Shown here piece after piece: positions 9,694 to 17,800 of a stretch of DNA of 21,794 bases. Location of the stretch: the NCBI GenBank assembly GCA_046735395.1, contig JBJKQR010000069.1:1-21794 (forward strand), in the 5' to 3' direction. The position numbers and the translations under genes were made by a program. The DNA is from Fidelibacterota bacterium. GTDB taxonomy: Bacteria > Fidelibacterota > Fidelibacteria > Fidelibacterales > DSDE01. Every line of letters begins with the position of its first letter. Position 1 is the first letter of the stretch. Below the pieces are notes generated by a model that saw only the letters and a list, made by a program, of their open reading frames with translations, was not told where the DNA came from and searched no databases.

Positions 9694-10398
9694 ATGGCAG
9701 ATGTTGCATCCGTTGATGCCGGCAACAGCGCAGGACCGCTTCCCGGCCTTCCTACTATTGCAGACAGTGCTTCTATTCCGGGAATGGGTAAACAGGAATT
9801 TCTGAATCTGTTGATCGCTCAACTCAAATATCAGGATCCGCTTCAGCCCACTTCCAATCAGGAATATGCAGCCCAGCTTGCCCAGTTCTCGCAATTGGAG
9901 CAGCTGCAGAATATGAATGACTCGCTGAATGAAAATCTGAATATTAATCTCGTGCTGACCCAGTCCATCAATAATACCCTTTCCTCCACCATTATTGGCA
10001 AGGATGTGAAGGCCTACGGCAATGCCGTATCCGTGGTCGATGGGTCCCAGGCCGAGATTAATTTCAAACTGGCTGATTATGCGGATAAAGTTCACATTGC
10101 CATCTCCAACGAAGATGGAGACGTGATCAGGACCATCGAGGCTTCGGGAATGGCCGCTGGCGAACAGTCAATTACCTGGGACGGTTTGGATCAGGACGGA
10201 AATCAGGTAAGTGACGGAAATTATACCTTTGAGGTAACGGCTCAGAAAGAGGATAATTCCGACATCGACGTTCAGAGCTACATCTACGGCTTTGTCTCGG
10301 CAGTCCGCTACGAAAATGGCGCTGCGATCTTCCGCGTGAACGGCGAAGATGTTCCCTTCTCTCAAGTCCTGGAGATCGGAACAAAGGATAAGGGATGA
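9694..10398 (+). CDS. flgD: Flagellar hook capping protein FlgD
   Basis: MGKQEFLNLLIAQLKYQDPLQP, AQLAQFSQLEQ, Ig domain ITWDGLDQDGNQVSDGNY; AAGGAG RBS. Confidence 0.97.
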   Translation: MADVASVDAGNSAGPLPGLPTIADSASIPGMGKQEFLNLLIAQLKYQDPLQPTSNQEYAAQLAQFSQLEQLQNMNDSLNENLNINLVLTQSINNTLSSTIIGKDVKAYGNAVSVVDGSQAEINFKLADYADKVHIAISNEDGDVIRTIEASGMAAGEQSITWDGLDQDGNQVSDGNYTFEVTAQKEDNSDIDVQSYIYGFVSAVRYENGAAIFRVNGEDVPFSQVLEIGTKDKG

Positions 10399-10522
10399 TA
10401 ACCACAAACCACTGTAAAGCGACAGTGAACCTCAAGTCACGGAGCGGCATGTCCGCGGCAGTCCTGCAGCCGCAGGCCCTTTCCAACGGCATGATGCCCG
10501 CGCACACCGAAGGAACTTTATT

Positions 10523-10936
10523 ATGAAAGTTCTTGATCTGCAGAGAAATCTTTCACACCAGATCCTCAACCCGGGAAAAGTGGGATCGGTCCAGCCCGGC
10601 CGAATTCAGCGTCCGCAGACGCAGAAACCCGAAGCTGGAAACCGCTTTTCCGATGTTCTGGAGTCCACTCTTCAGCAGCAGGACGGAATAAAATTTTCCG
10701 CCCATGCCATGAAACGCCTTGAAGACCGGCAGATAGAACTCTCCGGCTCGGAACTGCAGCGTCTCAATGAAGGGGTTCAGAAAATTGAGGAAAAGGGAGG
10801 AAGAAACTCAGTGATCCTGATAGACGATAATGCCTACGTCGTGTCCATTGCCAATAAAACGGTGGTCACCACGCTGGGACGGGATGTCTCCTCCGGAAAC
10901 GTCTTCACCAATATCGATTCTGTCCTGATTAACTGA
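10523..10936 (+). CDS. Flagellar operon protein (TIGR02530 / Flagellar_put-like)
   Basis: IKFSAHAMKRLEDRQIEL...KGGRNSVIL...AYVVSIANKTVVT...NVFTNIDS; typical flgD-flgE position. Confidence 0.9.
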   Translation: MKVLDLQRNLSHQILNPGKVGSVQPGRIQRPQTQKPEAGNRFSDVLESTLQQQDGIKFSAHAMKRLEDRQIELSGSELQRLNEGVQKIEEKGGRNSVILIDDNAYVVSIANKTVVTTLGRDVSSGNVFTNIDSVLIN

Positions 10937-10950
10937 GTGAAGTAGCGAAT

Positions 10951-11118
10951 TGTGAAGGAATGCGCCATGATGGCCTGATATGGAAATGAAACCGGAAACA
11001 GGGATTGAACTTGAATCCCGGTTTCGATTCTGATTCCTTCACAGCACTAAACATAGGACCGGTCCCGAAAGGGAGGTCCTCCATCCGCTGACTGACTGAC
11101 GCGGATAAACCAAGGAGG
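10951..11118 (+). promoter_or_regulatory. Candidate structured cis-regulatory RNA leader of flgE
   Basis: 11-bp stem 10951-10961/11033-11043 enclosing 10988-10995/11018-11025. GAAA-capped hairpin 11055-11080. Hairpin 11083-11106 with a (TGAC)3 loop. RBS AAGGAGG 11112-11118. Confidence 0.6.
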
Positions 11119-11123
11119 ATATC

Positions 11124-12752
11124 ATGATTTATGATCAATCTTTAGGCAAGGGCGATACGTTTACGTCCGTTCTGTCCAGCCTTCAGAACCAGAGGCGGCG
11201 TATTGATGTGATCGGAACAAATATTTCCAACATCAATACCGTCGGCTACAAAAGCAGCCGGATGACCTTTCTGGAGATGATGGGCCAGACCGTCGGAAAA
11301 ACCTATACGCCGTTTGAACAGGGTTCGTTCTCTGCGACGGGATCCACAACCGATCTCGCCATTGACGGACAGTCATTTTTTGTTCTCAAGGACGCGAGCG
11401 GCGACTATGTCTATTCCCGCGCCGGCGCTTTCTTTTTTGACGAAAACGGAAAACTTGTCAATCAGAACGGGGAAGCCGTACAGGGTTGGATGAAGGACAA
11501 TATCATCGATGTTGATTCTGTCACCACCTACGGAGCAACCGATCTGCGGAAAGTCGGTGCCGTTTCCGATCTTCAGCTGGATCCGAATATGACGGTGGAT
11601 GCCATTGCCACATCGAATATCTGGCTAAGCGGAAATATCAATGCCGGCCTGAATTCGGTGACGAATATCATGCAGGCTGCCAGCACGCTGCGCACGGATA
11701 CGGGATTTGCCGATGAAACCACCGACCTCAATGATCTGAGCCAGACTTTGTCTCCGTTGCAGATCGGTGACCAGATCACGATTTCCGGTACGGATCACGA
11801 TGGTACCGCCATTACTCCGGTCAGCTTTAGTTATGGTGGTGCAGACGGAACAACGGTGGGAGACTTTCTCACCAAGATCAACGACGCGTTTTCAGGCGTT
11901 GCTACGGCCTCGATCTCAGACGGAAAGATCATTCTGACCGATGATGTGACCGGAGCGAGCAGTACTTCATTAACGCTGACCTCAGAGGCCACCAATGTGG
12001 GAAACATAACGCTTCCCGAATTTACGGTTAAACAGAAAGGTGTAACACCGACATCCACAGCATCCATCATCGTGTATGACGGGTATGGTACCGCCCATCA
12101 GCTGTCCATTGAATTTGCCAAAACCCCCAATGAACGGGAATGGGCCTGGACCGCGTCCGTGGAGGGCGACCAGACCATCAAAAGCGGTGGCAGCGGACTG
12201 ATCACTTTTGACGCCGATGGAAATTTCGTGGGCAATTCCTTTGATGATCAGGCCGGAAGCCTCGTCATTTCGAACAGCAATGGTTCGGATGATCTGGATA
12301 TTTCCATCTTCGCCGGCGGAACTGATGGCGTCACACCCATGAGTCAGTACGACTCCATCACCACGGTGACAGTGCGTCAGCAGGATGGCCAGGGGGCCGG
12401 ATCCCTCGAAGGGATCAATATTAATGAAGACGGATACATCGTGGGGACTTTCTCTAATTCCGTCGTCATGAACCTGGCACAGATCGCCCTCGCCGAATTC
12501 GATGACCCGACCTCTCTGGACAAAGTGGGCGTGGGGAACTTCTCGCCGACCAATGATTCCGGCGATGCCCAGCTCGGACGTGCCAATGACTTCAGTACCA
12601 CGATCATGTCCGGACATCTGGAAACCTCCAATGTAGACCTTGCCGATCAGTTCATCCAGATGCTGGATGCCCAGCAGGCCTACTCTGCATCATCCCGCAT
12701 CGTGGCGACACTGGATCAGGTGATGCAGGAGACCACACAGTTCGGTCGATAA
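11124..12752 (+). CDS. flgE: Flagellar hook protein FlgE (divergent, 542 aa)
   Basis: IDVIGTNISNINTVGYKS, TGSTTDLAIDGQSFF, YSRAGAF, VYDGYGTAH, QDG, LETSNVDLA; large central insert; position after flgD. Confidence 0.92.
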   Translation: MIYDQSLGKGDTFTSVLSSLQNQRRRIDVIGTNISNINTVGYKSSRMTFLEMMGQTVGKTYTPFEQGSFSATGSTTDLAIDGQSFFVLKDASGDYVYSRAGAFFFDENGKLVNQNGEAVQGWMKDNIIDVDSVTTYGATDLRKVGAVSDLQLDPNMTVDAIATSNIWLSGNINAGLNSVTNIMQAASTLRTDTGFADETTDLNDLSQTLSPLQIGDQITISGTDHDGTAITPVSFSYGGADGTTVGDFLTKINDAFSGVATASISDGKIILTDDVTGASSTSLTLTSEATNVGNITLPEFTVKQKGVTPTSTASIIVYDGYGTAHQLSIEFAKTPNEREWAWTASVEGDQTIKSGGSGLITFDADGNFVGNSFDDQAGSLVISNSNGSDDLDISIFAGGTDGVTPMSQYDSITTVTVRQQDGQGAGSLEGININEDGYIVGTFSNSVVMNLAQIALAEFDDPTSLDKVGVGNFSPTNDSGDAQLGRANDFSTTIMSGHLETSNVDLADQFIQMLDAQQAYSASSRIVATLDQVMQETTQFGR

Positions 12753-12774
12753 CCGCTATTTGAAAACATAAGAA

Positions 12775-12803
12775 TTGTATGTTTTTAGGAATGGTTGTAC
12801 ATT
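12775..12803 (+). promoter_or_regulatory. Possible sigma70-type promoter for motAB
   Basis: TTGTAT (12775-12780)-17 nt-TACATT (12798-12803) in an AT-rich 115-nt spacer. Could be a chance match. Confidence 0.35.
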
Positions 12804-12867
12804 AATATGAAATGGATATTGAGTTCTTACAATGAGGTCTTTGTTTATATCATAGGGATTGTTCTGT

Positions 12868-13632
12868 ATGGATCTGGCAACGATAATAGGTATTTTCACA
12901 GGTCTGGCTCTGCTCGTTTTTTCGATAGGGCCGGAGGATATGGCAAGCTTTATTCACCTTCCGTCCATCATGATTGTGTTCGGCGGAAGCTTTGCTGCAA
13001 TCTTCGTCAATTTTTCTCTGAAGGAGGTTATCAGCGTGTTTAAAGTAGCCCGAAATGCCTTCAAGGCAGATAATGTCAACGCACAGGCCACCATACAGAC
13101 ATTCATTGAGCTCAGTAAGAAGTCACGGCGCGAAGGGATCCTGACCATCGAGAACGAGATTCCCAAGCTGAATAACCCCTTTATGGCCATGGGCCTGGAG
13201 ATGACAGTGGACGGCATCGAACCGGAAGTGATCCGGAATGTGATGGAAACCGAACTCACCTACCAGATCGAACGGCATAAACGGGGGCAGAATATCTTTC
13301 TGCAGCTGGGAACCTATTCTCCCGCCTTCGGCATGATCGGTACCCTCATGGGGCTCATCGCCATGCTGAAGACTCTGGACAATCCTGACAACATCGGCTC
13401 CGGCATGTCCATTGCGCTTATTACTACGTTCTATGGGGCGGTTATGGCCAATCTGGTCTTTCTCCCCCTGAGCGGTAAGCTGAAGAACCGCAGCGACGAG
13501 GAAATCATATACCGGGAAATGATTATTGAAGGCGTGCTGGCCATTCAGTACGGAGAGCATCCATATAATATGGAACGGCTCCTCAATAATTTCATTGCCC
13601 CCAAGCGACGCAAGAAGCTGACACGGGATTAA
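12868..13632 (+). CDS. motA: Flagellar stator A subunit (MotA/PomA family)
   Basis: MDLATIIG, PSIMIVFGGS, SRREGIL, PAFGMIGTLMGL, ALITTFYG, LPLSGKL. ATG 12868 preferred to TTG 12859. Confidence 0.96.
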   Translation: MDLATIIGIFTGLALLVFSIGPEDMASFIHLPSIMIVFGGSFAAIFVNFSLKEVISVFKVARNAFKADNVNAQATIQTFIELSKKSRREGILTIENEIPKLNNPFMAMGLEMTVDGIEPEVIRNVMETELTYQIERHKRGQNIFLQLGTYSPAFGMIGTLMGLIAMLKTLDNPDNIGSGMSIALITTFYGAVMANLVFLPLSGKLKNRSDEEIIYREMIIEGVLAIQYGEHPYNMERLLNNFIAPKRRKKLTRD

Positions 13633-13636
13633 TACC

Positions 13637-14326
13637 ATGGCACGCAAGCAGCGACTGAATAAAACAGAACTGGAAATGCCCACATCTCCCGGGTGGATGA
13701 CCACCTATGGGGATATGGTTACGCTCCTGCTCACCTTTTTCGTGCTGCTCCTGTCCTTTTCCGCTGTCGACGCGAAGAAATTCTCCATGGTTGCCAATTC
13801 TCTTCAGGGCGCCCTCAGTATTCTGCAGGGCAGTGATGCCATTCTGGAGGGAAAGGTGGACGTGGACCGCAGACTCGCGATCTACGAACAGGTGAAGGAT
13901 CTGGAAACAAAGGCGTCTGAACTTGGTTTCGGTGACGACATCAATGTGGAAGTCACGGAAACCGGTGTTCTTCTCAATATCGGCGACCGGGTCCTGTTTG
14001 ACCTGGGGCAGGCCCAGCTCAGAGAGCAGGCTTTCCCCATTCTGGACCTGGTGGCGAACAAGCTTCTCATGGATGATGTGGGTGAGGTCTTCGTCAGTGG
14101 ACACACCGATAATGTTCCCATGACGTCCGGCCATTACCGGAATAACTGGGAACTGTCCTCTGCCCGGGCCCTGTCCGTGGTGGAATATTTCATCGATGAC
14201 TGCAACGTCCCGCCGAATATTCTTGCGGCTGCCGGCTACTCCGAATATCACCCCATTGCACCCAATGATACACCGGATAACCGCAGGAAGAACCGCCGCG
14301 TCGAGATTCTCGTGACCTGGCAGTGA
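13637..14326 (+). CDS. motB: Flagellar stator B subunit (MotB/PomB family)
   Basis: WMTTYGDMVTLLLTFFVLLLSFS TM with conserved Asp; OmpA-like domain GHTD, NWELSSARA, NRRVEI. Confidence 0.96.
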   Translation: MARKQRLNKTELEMPTSPGWMTTYGDMVTLLLTFFVLLLSFSAVDAKKFSMVANSLQGALSILQGSDAILEGKVDVDRRLAIYEQVKDLETKASELGFGDDINVEVTETGVLLNIGDRVLFDLGQAQLREQAFPILDLVANKLLMDDVGEVFVSGHTDNVPMTSGHYRNNWELSSARALSVVEYFIDDCNVPPNILAAAGYSEYHPIAPNDTPDNRRKNRRVEILVTWQ

Positions 14327-14439
14327 CGCCCGTCACACGTACAACTCTTTTCTCTTAATAATACAATTCCCAAAATCTGTCCCCGGACAACCGGTTGCTC
14401 CGTTGCAGCCGGAAACTCCGGATCTGAAAGGAAAAGACA

Positions 14440-14748
14440 ATGAATAAGCCTGTCCTGAACTGGCTGAATTCCGATTATACCGTGGCTCTGCCCCGGATCT
14501 ACCATGGCCCCGATCCCTTGCTGGCGCCTCACGACGTCCTCGACTGGCGGACTCTCCGTGATCTCAGCGCTTCTCTGTATTCTGTTAATTTGGCCGGTTC
14601 CCGGGCTGCTCACGGCAATGATGGACAACCCGTTGTCGGCTTCATTCAGAAATTCAATCGTTTTTTCTCCCCTAGTTTCACTTCAGGGCAACTTTGTAAA
14701 AATAATTCTAAAGAAGTTGCTAAAGTCACCGATAATCAGATTAGATGA
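14440..14748 (+). CDS. Possible small hypothetical protein
   Basis: 102-aa ORF with GAAAGGA upstream of the ATG. No recognisable motif, and an overlapping alternative ORF exists (14504-14770). Confidence 0.3.
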   Translation: MNKPVLNWLNSDYTVALPRIYHGPDPLLAPHDVLDWRTLRDLSASLYSVNLAGSRAAHGNDGQPVVGFIQKFNRFFSPSFTSGQLCKNNSKEVAKVTDNQIR

Positions 14749-14818
14749 AGTACCGAAACGGGGAAAATGAAAAAATTCATAGAAATGAAACTCAAAACAA
14801 CCCAAGGAGGGTAGACAA

Positions 14819-17800
14819 ATGATGTACTTTGTTCGATCAAGGATGATCACAGCATTGGCTATGGTTCTCCTGCTTACGGCCGCCGCCTTTGCGACGCCGA
14901 CAGCAGTGGTGAGACCTAGCACTGTTCCGACAGGTGCATATCTGGACGGACAGGATGGCGATCAGTATTTTGTTCAGGCTCTGGAAGTCACGCTGGTTAC
15001 GGCCGCTGTCGGCGCTGGCCAGACGATTACCGTCGTGATGCCTGATGACATGACCATTGCCGATACGGACGGCAACGCTAACTTTATCAACGAAATCTCA
15101 ATCTCTAACACTGCCACAAATGCGGTAACCTGGACGATTACAGCTGCCACGGCCAGTGGTTTCACGGCCACATCCGCCGCTGCTGCCTCCGCTGCCGGTG
15201 ACAAGATCATGCTGCTCTTTCCGGTTCTGACCTCCGCTTCTCCAGCCGCATCCACTGCTGATTATACCGTGACCGTATCCGGTGAAGCTGCTCCTGCAGC
15301 CATTACTGTAACGGTGACTTACAGCTCAAGCACTCTGGCCCTGGTGACCTTTGCGCCTGCCTTTACCGGTGGCGACTCTACTTCGCTGAAGGGTGACGGC
15401 TATCCTTCGAGTGCATCCCATACCAATGCTGCCGGCGCCCTGACCGCAGCTCTGCCTGACTGGGTCGTGGATGAATCTGCCGGTGCCAATGACGCCTTCG
15501 TCAACGGCACGACAGACTGGGATGCCATTACTCTTGACAATGATAATAACGGTGCTGTCGGCGCTACAATCGGTACAGCCGAAAACCAGTATTATTTCTG
15601 GGCTTCACAGACCTCCGGCCTGAGACGCATCGATGGTCAGGACGGCCACAAGCCCATCATGCTGGCCCAGCCCACGCGTGCCAGCGCCATCGCTGCCACC
15701 AATGGTGCAAACCTTCCCTGCGACAGCGATGTGGAAACCGGTACTTTCTCGGCCACCTCTCTGATTGACGGTCAGGCTCTTGCTGAAGGCAACTGGTATT
15801 TCTATGTGACCTCCGCCATCACCAATGACTGGGTTCTCGGCCAGAGTGGTGTCGTAAAAGTCAAGCATTATCCAACCTTTAATGCTGCGACCGCAAACGC
15901 AGGTGGTGGTTATGATTTCGATGCCAGCGGTACCTTTGATCCCGGCGCTGCCGATGATGTGACCGAAATGTATCTTGAATCCGGTCAGAAATTATCACCC
16001 GCCGGAATTTTGTTCGGTGCCGGAGCTGTGGACAATGTGGATATCTTCTTTGATTTCGAAGATGTGGATGACAATGCCACCATCAATCTCTTCTATTCCA
16101 CCAGCGCTACGCTGACTGCTTCTGACGTCACCACAAGCGGAGCTTCCCCGAATATAGCCGTGACCGGACTTACGGGAGCCACGAAGCTCAATACGGAAAC
16201 ACTCTACGAGGATACCTCTGTCGTTTCCTATAATCTGGATATCTATACCAGCGCTTCATCTTATATGACAGCCGGTACCTACTATGTGTATATGGTTGCC
16301 AATGATGGAAAACATCAGACTTTCTACAAAGTTATTAATTCGGCTGCGGCTGACGCATCACTGAAAGTCAAGCATCTTCCCGCTTTCACCTTTCAGGATC
16401 ATTATGCCGACGGTGCCGCTGCATACGCACTCGCAACCGGAACTCAGCCTTATTTCCTCATCAACTGGGGTCAGACCATTGACGGTGACCTTGATGTGGA
16501 CGGAACCATGAGAATACGTCTCTATGCTTCAGATCTGGATATAACCGGAAATGCTGCGAATATCGGATACAGCACCACGCTTACTTCTGTTGATTCTACA
16601 AAGCTTCCGGACCTCTGCATCTCGGATCCGACAGGAACGGTGGAAATTCTTGACCGCCGCGACGTCTCGGATACTCGTGAAGCCAACCGCTACAGCTGGG
16701 ATGCTCTCAATTCCGGTCTGGATGCAGGTACCTATTATATCTACGCACTGTGTACTCAGGGCGGAGATGCCGTTATCTACCAGTTCGAATCTGCAGTAGA
16801 TGATGATAAGACCATCGCTCTGACTCATGATATCAGCTTCCGGGCTCTGTCACCCTATGTGGATCAGATTCTCAAGCTGACCAAGGAAGACAAATTCGAA
16901 ATCCGCTGGGAAGCCATTGACAAGGATGAAACTTCCACCGATTGGGAAGTGCTTGCCTTTGCGCTGCCCGCTGGCGGAACCCTTGTCGGTGCCAATGCCG
17001 CGGCCATTGATGCAGGTAATGCTGCCGGATACTGGCTCACCTCCGATGATGGTGACGAGTATGTGAATGGCCGGACCCTGGCCAACGCCGGAAAAGCCAC
17101 CATTAATGTGGGTGACCTGACTGCCACTATGACAGGTGTCGGTGCAACTCCTTCGGGTGTTTATGATGTCTATCTGATCTATGATAGCAATATCAGCACG
17201 ACGGACTGGGCCGGTGACGCATCTGAAGTCGTTGTTGCCACCGGAACTCAGGTGGAATTCACCGGCACGGGTGATGCAACCTGGGAACCTCAGTTCCTCA
17301 TGACACCGACGATGAGCGGTGTTGCTGTGGGCGATACGGTGACACTGGATATCTATGCCAAGAGTGATGCCGCTGCCGTGAACGTTTCCTTTATCAATAT
17401 CGGTGTGGATATCGACAACTCGTCCTATCTCTCCGTTCTGGACCAGGATGCCAATACAGCAGGTACTCAGCCCTTCGATGATGAGACGGTGAATTTCGCA
17501 GGAACCGTTCTCACCAATAGCCTTACTTCGACTGGATCCGGTTATGAACTGAGCTATACCGAACTGAAAGCCGGCGGCGCTGCCCTTGCGACGTCTCTGC
17601 ATGTTGCCTCCATTCAGCTCAAGGTTATTGCTCAGCCCGCTTCCGGTACTCTGCCCGAGATCAACGTGACGTTTGCATCTACGGGTGACCGTGCAACAGG
17701 TCTGACATCCGCTGACGGAACTCAGCAGGATGTGGATTACGCTGATCCGGCTGCGGTCGTTCGCGTAGCCAGCGGCGGAACCGTCTCCGGTTTCGTTGAT

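Noticed and set aside
10445..10502. Two CGGCATG GG-N10-GC matches between flgD and the flagellar operon gene
   Set aside because: Both lack the TTGC -12 element and lie in GC-rich sequence; too weak for a sigma54 call.
11055..11106. c-di-GMP-I (GEMM) riboswitch call
   Set aside because: It has a GAAA-capped hairpin before a flagellar gene, but I cannot see the GGCAAA/GCAAA elements or a tetraloop-receptor stem. Left unnamed pending cmscan.
11131..11145. Out-of-frame ATG ATC AAT CTT TAG inside the flgE start (uORF or shifty stop)
   Set aside because: ATG 11124 is well spaced from the SD and gives an intact frame; no frameshift is needed.
14323..14360. GTGAC/GTCAC hairpin at the motB stop as a terminator
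   Set aside because: Short stem, and the T-rich run is about 10 nt away.
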